Shown here one piece after another: positions 38,326-50,682 of a stretch of 64,000 bases of DNA. The notes under the pieces are model-generated. The model was not told the origin of the DNA and ran no database searches. It worked only from the letters and a program-made list of their open reading frames with translations. Origin of the DNA: Utricularia gibba (lineage: Eukaryota > Plantae > Magnoliophyta); NCBI GenBank assembly GCA_002189035.1, contig NEEC01000008.1, positions 62,001 through 126,000 of the forward strand, written 5' to 3'. Positions within the stretch are counted from its first letter, which is position 1; every line of letters starts with the position of its first letter. A program made the position numbers and the translations under genes.

Positions 38326-39037
38326 ACAGACTTATCTTCCTGTAGTCACTGAAATGCAACAAGTGCACCAGCGCCTTGGTCACGGTTCTTGGAAGCTGCT
38401 GTCTAAGAAGATCAGCCTGTGATTCTAATAGATCCTGGTACCAGCAACTTCTGATGAGCAGCTGATGAAGGAAGTTTTCTTGTGTGGCAAGGTTGATGGC
38501 TGCATTGCAGCAGCCATCTGCTCCACTGACTTCCCAGAAGTGCAAAGACCACCGCATGCATCCAGCCTCGAGGAAGACGTGTCGACAATCGAGTCCTGCA
38601 GGCTTCCAACTGCATCTTCAGCCCGCAGAGTTGACTCCTGCTCACAAGAATATGGAATACCCAATTCATGCTCTAGAGGCCATAAATTGTCATTAAACGT
38701 GTTAATCATTCAGTGATGAGGGAGGGATTGATATGACCAACCCGACCGGCCTCACCGGTGAGTGGTGCTGGTGACACTCCTAAGGTCTTATCCGTTCGTT
38801 CATTCGTGCCCATGAAGAATCCAGCATTGAATGACTTTACGAGAAAGTAGAAAGAAAGAAACAGAGGCTACAATACAATGCAATTATCAAACACCAACAG
38901 TGTGGGCCCAATCATGGGCTTACAGTTACTGCGACAGGCCCACGCTCAGCTACTTGAAGTAAAAACGTTATAAATACCGTTTTTTTTTCTTTTTAAAAAA
39001 GCGCCTCATGCATTATGAGGCCACCATCGCACCAATT

Positions 39038-40485
39038 TCAGCATTTACTGGGGGAGAAACCAACCAGAGAGTTAGCAAGATCGTAACTGACACGTGTCCC
39101 CTGCTGCTGTACATTCCCGATAATGCCCAGGGCGGAGGCCGTCGGAGCGAACGCGAAGCAGAAGGTTCCGGATGAATCCACCGGGATCATGTAATTCTTC
39201 GCCGGAAGTTTCAGCTCGCTGCCGTTAGAGAAGTGAAAGGACACCGTTGGGACCTCTACGCTCTTCCTCGAGCTCAAATTGTAGCAGGTATCGAAAAGAG
39301 CGACGCCGTTCGCCGACGGTAAATTCGCCGTGCCTGCCTTGAAAGTGTCGCGCATCGTGTTGTACGCCGTCGTCTGCAACCTAGTAATCGCCGTCCCTGA
39401 GTCGATTATCACTCCGCCACGGCCGTTCTCGTTCACGGCGAACGTCTCCGGCGGGATTGGAAGCTGTTGGCCTCCCACGCTTATACCGTTCAACCCTACG
39501 AAGTAATAAGTGTTTACCCTTGGGTTGTGGAGGAGAGGAGCCGTGACGGCGTCGTTTGGCATCGCGGAGTTGAACTCGAGTGTCGACGCCGTGTCCGAGT
39601 CGCGGTCCACAAGACAGTAGGAAAAGGAGGATGCCTTAATCTGCGACGGGAACGACAGAGGTCCGCCGCCGAGACCGAGTAACCCTGCGGCTGCGACGAA
39701 CAATCCCTCGTTGTTGTGGCCGCATCCGATGGCAACGTTGTCGACTTTATCAGATCCTCCGAAAGAAATCGTCTCCGTCACGAAATCCCGACGGTGTAGG
39801 AACCGTCACCGTAGGACACTTCGTAGAGGCACGTATCGTTCCTGCATTCCGACACGTCGAGCGACTGACACTGCGGAGTTGCGCAGGTGAGTCTGGAGAA
39901 GGAAGACGATAAGCTCGGGTCATAAATCGGGTCCGCTTGCTGATAACACTCGCCGCAAGGTGCACACTGAATCCAGTTCACATCACTTCCCGTGTCCAGC
40001 ACCAGATACGAGGGTATCGGCGGATTTCCAATGCCGACACGGCAGAAGTACTCCCCGCTACCCTGACTCGTCCCAGAGGTCACTGGCCCTTGGAGCTTCT
40101 CATCCATGATTCCAGGATCCAGAGGCGTTAGATCTGCTTTCGTAATCCCCAAACTCAACAGATCCATACGCGTCTGAATCGCCTCGACTCTCGCCGAGTC
40201 ACGAGAGAGTCGCGATAAAGTCAGTTCCCTGTAATCCTTGGCGGCGCTCCTCTGGACGGAATGCCGCGAATGCAGCTTGAACCGAAGTCCAGAATCGGCA
40301 TATTCATCCACATTACTACCTCGGTGGTGAACCTTGTGCTTTCCGGCGGAGAACAACCGGTGGGTAGCAGAAATGGCGGAGGAAACATGGAGAAGGGTGG
40401 ACCTTGGTGTTGGATGCGTTTTTCTGGCGAGAGCGGAAACCGAAGAAAGGAGGAGAAGCGCGAGGAAGATGAGAGCCTTCGTCAT
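39038..40485 (-). pseudogene. Pepsin-like aspartic protease (ASPG1/At1g25510-like) with one frameshift; may be an intact gene with an assembly error
   Basis: Signal peptide MTKALIFLALLLL, SGTSQGSGEYF, VLDTGSD, IIDSGT, IIGNVQQQG. One base is missing in the G run at 39787-39789 (YTVG-DFVTET expected). Confidence 0.85.
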
Positions 40486-40970
40486 GGACTGACAGACTGG
40501 AAGGGGGGAAGTGAAAATGTTAAGAGAGAAGAGGTTGCAAGGATATAGAAGAAAGAAAGAGAGTGAAAGGGGGGCTGGTGGACACGAAAATGGTGTCGTC
40601 GTCTTGGGTGCGAGGCGAGGAGCCAAGCTTTGAATGTGGGTGTCTTCCCGGTCGAACCGCCCCCGCCAGCCAGACCTACCTGCCGGCCGGCCGGCCGTCG
40701 TGTCCGTATTTTTGGGAAATTAAGAATTCCTTCCTTGGCAGAATACTAAATAGATTGGAGATTCACACATTTCCCCAACCCCAAATCCCATCCACGCCCC
40801 GGCGGTCTTGTTTACAACTTCCATGGGTTTACAAAATAAAGCCCCACATTTTAACTCTCTCTGCTTCCGAGAGCAATCAACGCGGGGCCGCGACATGGAG
40901 TGAAGCCCAACCTCTAGCAGCAGCATCACTGACGGTGACTGAGGCTACCACCAAATCGCCGCGTGAGCTG

Positions 40971-41335
40971 TGAAAGAACTAGAGGAGAAAGGAGTTTGTT
41001 TATGAAATCAATCTCCACTGGCGATGTGCAGTTGTTGATCATGTCGTAGGCGTCTTCCACCATAGCCTCGTCTAGGAGGGACTGGGCCTTATTGACTTTG
41101 TTGTCCCAGATTTCTTTGTCTGCTTCAGTGGTGAGAGGCTCTTGCAGAGTTGGATCGAACACATCCCAGAGTTTGCAGGTACGAAAATAGTTGGCCATTT
41201 TTTGGACCAGTTGGTATACTTTGAAGAGTTACCATCAAAGGTGGGAGGAGGCTGAAAGAAAGAGTTATCCATGAGAATGAATGCACACACTAAGAAGGCT
41301 TTTGTGTTTGGTTTTGCTTCACGTCGGGTTCACCA
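40971..41335 (-). repeat. Extra PBS plus 5' gag copy (41013-41335, duplicate of 45936-46259) joined to a 42-bp LTR end (40971-41012)
   Basis: Direct comparison shows 1 substitution and 1 homopolymer indel over ~324 bp, and 1 substitution in the 42-bp LTR stub. Confidence 0.93.
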
Positions 41336-44300
41336 TGAAAGAACTAGAGGAGAAAGGAGTTTGTTTCTGAAATCAATTTGCATTTCTGTGACTAATTACA
41401 GGATATATATACAGGGTTTTTTGACCGTTGGTAATAGAAGGAGCCGTTATGTTGCCTTCGAGTGATTTATTTCCACATGTTGGACTTCAGTAAGTGGGCT
41501 GGCTAGACGATTGAGAGTCCTCGAATTATGTATCTGGCCCAAGTCCAGAACTACTAAACCCAGATTCTTGAACAAGTGAGCAGATTTCCTTTTTTCATTC
41601 AGACTTCCGTTGTCGTCGTCTTTCCTAGTTTCTGAAGGTGCGGATGTCAACAATTTCTTCGAAACCCCAATTGGATCACATTCTTCCAACATTCCTCCTT
41701 GATTCAATTGGCAGTTTTCCTCAATTTCAAGAGGATTCCTCCTCAACCCCAACATCTCTCGGACTTTGCAGAAACTAGCAGGGAACGGGCATTTTGTTAA
41801 AATGTCAGCAGCTCGATTTTCCGCAGGTATATACTCCAGCTGAATTGTTCCTTCCTTCACATATTCACGAAGAACATGGTACTTCACCTTGATATGTTTT
41901 GTGCGCCCAAACATCACAGGATTATTTGCTATACTGATAGCTGACTTATTGTCAATTTTTAGGATCACAGGTTTGTTGATACTGATGTGCAGGTCCTCAC
42001 ATATCTTGATAAGCCATTGTGCATGATTTGCAGCAGCTGCTGCTGCCATATATTCTGCCTCGGCAGAAGATTGAGCTATGGTATTCTGCTTTCTGCTGTT
42101 CCAAGCGAAGGTTGCGGAGCCCAAATTAAACAAGTATCTAGTAGTGGAACTACAATTTCCTTCATCACCGGCGAAATCTGAGTCCACAAATCCCTGTAGA
42201 GAAGGGTTAGTACCAGTTCTGAAATATAGACCTAGCGTAGTAGTTGCTTTTAGGTACTTGAGAATTTTTTTTGCAACATCCATGTGTACTTGGTAGGGAT
42301 TGTGCATAAATCTTGAAAGATAGGTAACAACAAACGTGATATCCGGACGCGTGGCAGTCAGATACAAGAGTGCTCCAACAAGTCTCTGATATTCCTTTGG
42401 ATTAGTGTATGCATTCACTGCATTTTTTATTTTTGACTTGATCTCAGGAGGGAAGGGTACTGAGCTTCCTTTGGCTTCTTGGAGACCGTATTTGATGAGT
42501 AAATCTTCTATATATTTTTTCTGATTCACAAAAATATAATCTCTTCCTTGCAGTATCTCCATGCCAAGGAAATACTTGGTCAGCCCGAGGTCGACGAGGT
42601 CAAAACGAGCCTTCAGCAGAGATTTTTGTTCTTCAATAAGGTCAGGGGTACTGCCGGTTATCAAGATATCATCGACGTATAGAGAGATAATCACTTGCCC
42701 TGTTGTATTGTTGAGAGTATAAAGTGTGACATCATTTTTGCTCCTGATGTAGCCAAGTTCAATGAAATATGCATCAATAGTTGAGTACCACTCTTTAGGG
42801 GCTTGTTTTAAGCTGTAGAGAGCCTTCTTTAATTTGAGAACTTTATTTTTTCCATCTCGGATTTCATAGCCAGGAGGTGGATAAACATATAACTCCTCTG
42901 ATAAGTCTCCATTGAGGAATGCACATTTGATGTCCAGGTGGTGCAGCTGCCAGTTATGGCAGGCAGACAGCGCTATAATCAGCTTGATGGTGTCCAGCCG
43001 AGCCACCGGGGCAAACGTGTCACAGTAATCAACACCGGCTTGCTGAAGGTAGCCTTTAGCTACTATGCGTGACTTGAATTTATTATGTGAGCCATCGGCA
43101 TTCAGCTTCTCTTTGTGTATCCATTTTAGACTGAGCACTTTGGCACCGGCAGGTCTTTCTACAGCTTCCCAAATGTCATGGGCATGAATGGAATTGAGTT
43201 CCTCATCCATGGAGCTCTTCCATTCAGGGATTTTCATAATTTCTGCCGTGTGCAGGCCTTCAAGCATCAGGTTGCTGCACCCTAGAATGTCTTGAATGGA
43301 TTTATATTTCTGGATGAGAGGTATGTCAGATTCGCTGATGTAGTCCTCATTGTCGCTAGCATTGTTGCTTTGAAAATGATTGATAAAATTATCATCTGAT
43401 TCGTAATCATGATATGTGTTCTCCAGATAATCTGTAGTAACTTCAGAAAGTATTCTACTGTGAAATCCTGGAGGTAGGAGCTCCACTGTATTTTCAGTTT
43501 CTTGCGTGCAGGATGTATCAGCTGAGATGCCTGCTGAAGTACTGTTTTCTTGTTGTTCAGATTGAGTGTCAGTGAGAGGGAGTCGTTCTGCATCTGATTG
43601 GGTCATTGGAGTGGCTGGTACAGCTGAGGAAACAGGTGAAATTTCGAGATCTCTGACAAGGGGATTTTCAGTGAGGTTTAGTATGGATGCAGCAGGGTTC
43701 CGTGCAGAATCCCCCCTTGGTATGAGGGTAGAGTTAAGGCTTCATCTGAAGATGGCCAGTCAGGTGAGACTAAATTGTCATTAGTATCTGAGGTAGCTGT
43801 GGATTGTTGAGTAAGAGATACAGCATTCTGAATATTTTGAGGAGTAGTTGCTATATCTTCAGGTACAGGGAATAGGTTGAAGACATCTGCGGTGGAGGTT
43901 GGAGTGTGAGGCAGAGAGGTCAAGGTTGTCCAATCAACGTTTTTTCCTTCATCCACAACTACATCTCTATTGACTTCTATTTTGTTGGATGAGAGATTAT
44001 AGACACGGTACGCTTTACTAGTTTCAGAATATCCGAGAAAAATTCCCATATCATATTTTTTGTCCAATTTGGACCTCAGTTCAGCAGGTTTGCTAATATA
44101 GCAGAGAGACCCGAAAATTCTGAAATGTTCCAGGTTGGGTTTTTTGTTGAACCAGAGTTCGTAGGGACTTCCCAGTAGCATTGCCTTTAGTAGGTAAACG
44201 ATTCAGGATATGCACAGCAGTACTAACCGATTCTCCCCATAACCTAAGTGGTAGATTCTTTTCATATAGCAGGCATCTGGCCATGTTCATGACAGTACGA

Positions 44301-46241
44301 TTCTTCCTTTCACAGATGCCGTTCTGTTGCGGGGTGTAGGGAGCAGAGAATTGGTGTACAATGCCATTGCTTTCGCAGAAGGTTTTCAGATCTATGGATG
44401 TGTATTCTCCTCCATTGTCTGATCTCAATGTAAGTATTCTTTTGCCACTTTGAGCTTCTGCAATAGACTTGAAAGTGGAAAAATAATGGAGGACTTCTGA
44501 TTTTCGCTTGAGAAGATATAGCCAGGTATATTTGGTAAGCTCGTCAATGAATAGAACATAATATCTGTTGCCCCCATTTGATATAGTGTTCATAGGTCCA
44601 CACACGTCTGTAACTACTACTTCCAACTTGTGAGTCACCGAAGAGACTCCTGTTGGAAAGGGCTTTCTGACTTGTTTGCATAGTTGACATATACTGTAGA
44701 GTTTATCTTGATATGAGAGATGTGGATTGCCGTCAGCTAACTCTTTCTTTTTCAGGGTATTCACTGATCCATAGTGGTGGTGCCTAAGTCTCCTGTGCCA
44801 TAGATCAGGTTCCTCTGTAGCGGTCAGACAAGTCTGAGGTGATTGAGTCTCAGCATTTATAAAAAGCAGAAATATACGGTTGACCATCGTAGAGGTGAGA
44901 ACAAGATTATCATTTGTATCTCGTATTGTGCAGTGATCATCCGCTAGATGAATACTGAAGTGTTTTTCCACAAGTTGTCCTGAACTGAGCAGGTTGTGTG
45001 AGGCATCTGGGACATAATACACTTTAGAGAGCTTAAGGAAACGCAGTGGCGTCTCAATACATACGGATCCTTGGCCTATGACTGGTATGAATTTTCCATC
45101 AGCTATCTGGATGTACTTGTTCTGTAGGTAGGAGAAGGTGGTGAATATAGATAGATCATTAGTCATATGGTGACTGCAGCCACTGTCTACGAGCCAAATC
45201 CCTTGTTTTCGCAGGTCTGTAAATGAAGTAAGTAAGGTGTTATGACAAATAGAGTAAAGTTCAACAACATTCTTATTAGAGCCATTAGAAAGGGATACAT
45301 TCTTCACTTTTCTAGTAAGCTTTTCAATATTTTCTGCAGATTTTCCGCCCAAGAGGTGATACTTTTTAGTGGGCATACTTTCTCCAAGTGGCCAGTGAGA
45401 TTGCAGTAGCAGCAGGTATTTTCAGGATGCCACCAGCAAGCTGAAGGTAGGTGATTTCTTTGTTTGCAGAAGGGGCAAGAGTTGGTAGACCTGTCTTGGT
45501 TAATTGGGATAAGTTTGGATGGTAGTTGATCTGGATGTCGGTTGGTTTGAGAGTTGGTGGCTTCATGTGCTTTGAAGGCAGACTCTGTAGTGTTCTGTTG
45601 CTCATAATTTTGTTGTCGCATTTCCACTCCCTTGAGACCTTCTAGGACTTGTTTGGGTGCCATATTGTGGATGCTTCCATCTTGATGGAAGCATTGATGG
45701 TTGAGGCATAATGAGGCAACACGGTGCTGATGATCTTCATGCGAATCCTGTTATCATCTACCATTTCACCCAGCTGCTTCAGATCATTGACCACTTTGGT
45801 TAGGTGGTCAGCGTAGTTGGAGATGCTCTGTCCAGGTACCATCTTGAGATTTTCGAACATTTGCCACTTCAGGGCTTTTTCAAGGACTAAAGTTTGTTGA
45901 TTTTTGCCATAGGCTTCCGCCAGCACATTCCATGCCTCCACTGGCGATGTGCAGTTGTTGATCATGTCGTAGGCGTCTTCCACCATAGCCTCGTCTAGGA
46001 GGGACTGGGCCTTATTGACTTTGTTGTCCCAGATTTCTTTGTCTGCTTCAGTGGTGAGAGGCTCTTGCAGAGTTGGATCGAACACATCCCAGAGTTTGCA
46101 GGTACGAAAATAGTTGGCCATTTTTTTGGACCAGTTGGTATACTTCGAAGAGTTACCATCAAAGGTGGGAGGAGGCTGAAAGAAAGAGTTATCCATGAGA
46201 ATGAATGCACACACTAAGAAGGCTTTTGTGTTTGGTTTTGC

Positions 46242-46259
46242 TTCACGTCGGGTTCACCA
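46242..46259 (-). other. Primer binding site complementary to tRNA-Trp (second copy at 41318-41335)
   Basis: Minus strand TGGTGAACCCGACGTGAA abuts the LTR. The plus strand TTCACGTCGGGTTCACCA equals the recalled 3' end of plant cytosolic tRNA-Trp plus CCA. Confidence 0.8.
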
Positions 46260-47116
46260 TGAAAGAACTAGAGGAGAAAGGAGTTTGTTTCTGAAATCAA
46301 TTTGCATTTCTGTGACTAATTACAGGATATATATACAGGGTTTTTTGACCGTTGGTAATAGAAGGAGCCGTTATGTTGCCTTCGAGTGATTTATTTCCAC
46401 ATGTTGGACTTCAGTAAGTGGGCTGGCTAGACGATTGAGAGTCCTCGAATTATGTATCTGGCCCAAGTCCAGAACTACTAAACCCAGATTCTTGAACAAG
46501 TGAGCAGATTTCCTTTTTTCATTCAGATTTCCGTTGTCGTCGTCTTTCCTAGTTTCTGAAGGTGCGGATGTCAACAATTTCTTCGAAACCCCAATTGGAT
46601 CACATTCTTCCAACAAGCTGCTCAGTCTGCTTCCGTGCAACCGGTACTTGTGATCACAGAGCAGATTGGTCGCTTGCCACCAGATACGAGAATCAAATTA
46701 GAGGTAGGAATCAGTACCTGTAAGTGGCTTTTAACCTCATCATTTGTGAGGCCATCCACCTTCATCATTTCCCTGATCTGCTTCGGTGTAGCCACTGCTG
46801 CCATTAAACACCAAATCAAAAGGCTCGCAAAAACAGCTACACAAAGAGAGGATTTTAAACCCCTTGCCATACACTCTGATCCTCCTAGTTGTTTGAGGGC
46901 GTGCAAGAACTCTTGATGCAGTTCCGAGGACCAGCATCTCTTAACTTTGGGTTTTGAGCGTCGACTCCCATTCACTCCTCCCGCACCTACTTGTTTGGGA
47001 CATCTCTGAACCAGTTGCCAAACATTTTGTCCAGTGTTATTACATAATACAGTTCCGGATGTATGCAGTAGGCCAAATCAAAGTTACCTCCTTGGACTTT
47101 TCTCTCGGCATTGGGC

Positions 47117-50100
47117 GGGCAAATTCCTTATCACACCACACTTGGAGAGATAATTCCAATATGTAGCCAATTTTGTCCTCTAGTGCTTCATTTTATTTAC
47201 ACATCATCATTTCTTATTTAATTTTTACACCAAAATTCAATTAACATTTTATAATCATATTTTACACGAAAATTCAAATAAATAATATATTATATTTATT
47301 TCTTTTTATATTATATTATAATCAATTTGATCATCACAATAATACATATGTGACATTGATATGTTCAGATTTTAACATTAAAATTATGTAAAAAATTTGG
47401 TGTAACATTATATTAATTTATCTTTTTTTTTAAATTAAAAATTAAAAAACGAATCAATAGTACACATGTGATACTGACATTTTCAGATTTTAACATTAAA
47501 ATTCTGAAAAAGTTTGGTGTAATATTAAATTCATTTTTATTTTTTCCAATTCAAAATTAAAAAACGAAGCAATAGTACATATGTGATATTGACATGTTCA
47601 GATTTTAACATTAAAATTCTGAAAAAGTTTGGTATAATATTAAATTCATTTGTCTTTTTACCAATTCAAAATTTAAAAACGAAGCAATAGTACATACTGA
47701 CATGTTCAAATTTTGAAATTAAAATTCTGAAAAAGTTTGGTGTAATATTAAATTCATTTGTCTTTTTACCAATTCAAAATTTAAAAACGAAGTATATAAT
47801 GAAATACACATCTCATATCATCATTCTTTCTTCTTTTCTTCCTCTTGCAATTTCAATGGCTTCCTCTCCAATTGAGATCCGGTTGTACTGGGGAGGTAAC
47901 TTGTTTTATGGAAGCAATGGTGTGTGCTACGATTCACCACCACGATTTTCTGTTTGGGTTGCTTGAGATACCTCAATATCCATGATGCTGTCGTTGATTT
48001 ATAAAGTTATGCAACTATCTTCAAGTGAATATTCTATTACCATCATTGTGAATTATGTTGCTATGGATTCAACAATGAGTTTTCAGAGGTACTGCCATCC
48101 TCTTGATCAAACGGATGATACTTTGTTTTTTATTTTTAATCAAAGTCATATGGTTTCAAGTGTTGATATGTATATTAGTGCAACTCCAAGCTTCATGAAT
48201 TTGATCATTCAACAACACAATGGTATGTAATTTTTTTTCAAATAACATTTATTATTATTAGTTTTAGATTATATTTAAGATATTTTTTTGAATTCATATG
48301 ATTAATTTGTGCTAATGATATATTTTATGTTTTATTTCTAGTTAATGTTGGAGAAGCATCAACCAGTCATAATAATCCATGCACTTCACCAACATATCAC
48401 AATTCTTCACCACCAGAATCACCTTGTGATGAAGACATATTATGGGATTCGGATCATTTATGTGAGGAAGATGATATTGAGCAAGCTGAAAATGAAATGA
48501 TGCAAGAGGTTATTCCATCTCCACTTTCTTCAAGTGATGATGATGATGAACAAATAGAAGATTGGTTTTATGAAAGCGATGTAGCAATGGAAATTCCAAC
48601 AGCAGTTGAGTTTGAGAAGACTTTAAACTTCTATGATGGGACAAGCGGTGATCCATGCAAGGGGGTTTTCTTTAAAGATAAAACTTCAATGAAGGAAGCA
48701 TTGAATTATTATTGTATCATGAAGCTGAAAAGGCCTTTTCATTTTGAGAAGAGTAATAACAAGCAGTATGAGATAAATTGTATCAATCGAAATGCAACAC
48801 CTCCATGTGAATGACGTGTTAGAGTATGGAATAGCAGTGTCACTCAGTTTTGGACTGTGACACAATATGAGGGGCCTCATATTTGCTTTTCTAGCAGTTC
48901 CAGAACTACTAGAAATGATAGCAGTTCCAGGAAATTCATTTTTATTATTTTACAAATATTGATGTTTGTTTACTAACATATTTGTTTTATCATAGATACT
49001 ATATTTGAATATGAGAATCTGCGTTCCCATGATGGCAAGCAAATGCTACACCATATATTTTGGGCTTTTGGAGCATGCGTCCATGCTTTTAGGTATTGTC
49101 GTCCAGTTATTACTATTGATGGAACACATCTATATGCAAGATATAGATATCATCTTCTAATAGCATGCACACTTGATGGTGACCGCATTATAATTCCACT
49201 TGCATTTGCTATTGTTGAGGAAGAATCTTATGAATCCTGCTATTGGTTTTTTAACCTTTTGGTTAAGCATATCGTGAAAGTACGTCGTATTTGTCTAGTA
49301 ACTGACCGTGGTGCAGGATTATTATCTGCGATTAAGGATATACCTGCTTTCAATGAGCCTATGGGAGATTACAAATTTTGTATGCAACATCTACTTGCAA
49401 ATTTCATATCCCATTTCAGGTCGAAACATTTGGTTAATTTATTTTGGAAAGATGCCTTGAGTTCAAAAAAAGAAAAGTTTCAGATAGCTATGCAGAAAAT
49501 CAGAAATAAGAATGAGACAGCATTTGAGTATCTCCATGAAATCGATCAAAAGCGATGGACACTATCATATGATGATGACATTAGGTAACTTGAAATGGTA
49601 TAATTTTATTCATATTATTACTATGTTAACCTTACATTTCTTATTTTTATAGATGTGGTGTGCATACCACAAGTATCTCTGAATCATTAAACAGTGTTTT
49701 ACGTGGGGCACGAAGATTACCTCCAAAAGCTCTTGTTGAGGCCACTTTTGAGAGATGTGTTAAGATTTTCACAAATAGTAAAGCAAAGATGGATTTACTC
49801 ATGGAAAGGGGTCAATTGCTTACTCCATATTCACTATATGTTTATAGGAAATGTGATGACAGATCAAGAAATACAATGCAGAGAAAATGAGTGCCACTGT
49901 GATGTCTCGGAGCAAAAATTCTAGAAAAAACAAACATTATTATATTGTTTGTTTGACAGATTTGACATGTACTTGTGGAAAGTGGCAGCAAAAAGCTATT
50001 CCATGTTCACATGCCATTCAGGTAAAAATTATCTTTTGATATATCATGTTATTTGTAATAGCATAACAGTTGTTAACTTTATTCTTCTCTTAGGTGTACA

Positions 50101-50682
50101 AGGAATTCAATAAAGATGCAAGTTCTTATATTTCAAAATATTATCAAGTGAAGACCCTTACGAAAATATACAAAAGTCAATTTAATCCACCAATTCGTGA
50201 GAGCGGATGGGGTGCATCTCCATTTGATCTTGTTCACAATCCAGCAAGAAGAGTGAATACCAGAGGTCGTGCTAGATCAACACCATTTTCAATCAGTTTA
50301 ACTCATATACATTCGAAGATAAGATCAAGAGTTGATTAATTTCAATTTTAGATATTTTCGAGAATGTGTTTTCGAGACTTTGGGATTTTAATTTGAATAA
50401 TATTGCTTATGCATTTATTAAATATTTTATTGCATAATTTTTGTATATATTTAATTTTTATGTTTTAATTTATTAATTAATATAAATATTGTAATATATT
50501 ATATTTAAATTTTAAAATATGATTAAATGTATATTTTTTTAGAAAAGTATATATTTATATGATTTTTTGTACACAAATAAATAATAAATAATGATGTGGA
50601 AATGAAATTAACCACTAAATGACAAAGTTGGCTACATCTTGGAATTCTTTCTCCCATTGTTGGTGTGATAAGGAATTCTCTC
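47117..50682 (+). mobile_element. MuDR/MULE DNA transposon with a degenerate transposase
   Basis: Imperfect ~100-bp TIRs. 10-bp TSD with one mismatch (GGCATTGGGC 47107-47116, GGCAGTGGGC 50683-50692). Transposase exons IFWAF...IDGTHL...TDRG...ISESLN and SWIM CTCGKWQ...PCSHA. Premature stop at 48812. Confidence 0.92.
47343..47790 (+). repeat. Subterminal tandem repeat, ~4 x ~115 bp, inside the MuDR element
   Basis: Units begin near 47343, 47461, 47576 and 47691 and share GTTCAGATTTTAACATTAAAATTCTGAAAAAGTTTGGTGTAATATTAAATTC. Confidence 0.88.

Larger units (their letters stand above)
40971..46615 (-). mobile_element. Young Ty1/copia LTR retrotransposon with a three-LTR tandem remnant structure
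   Basis: 5-bp TSD AGCTG (40966-40970, 46616-46620). LTRs 46260-46615 and 41336-41691 differ at 1 of 356 bp. Gag, zinc knuckle, protease WLVDSGCS, integrase (SDNGGEY, QQNGICERKNR), RT (LYVDD) and RNase H are on the minus strand. PPT at 41692-41704. Confidence 0.96.

Noticed and set aside
39038-40485. Nepenthesin or a carnivorous-plant inference from the protease and compact gene spacing
   Set aside because: The sequence fits the widespread ASPG1-like clade; the species cannot be determined from this window.
41318-41335. tRNA-Trp gene
   Set aside because: Only the 3' 18 nt including CCA are present, flush with an LTR; this is a primer binding site.
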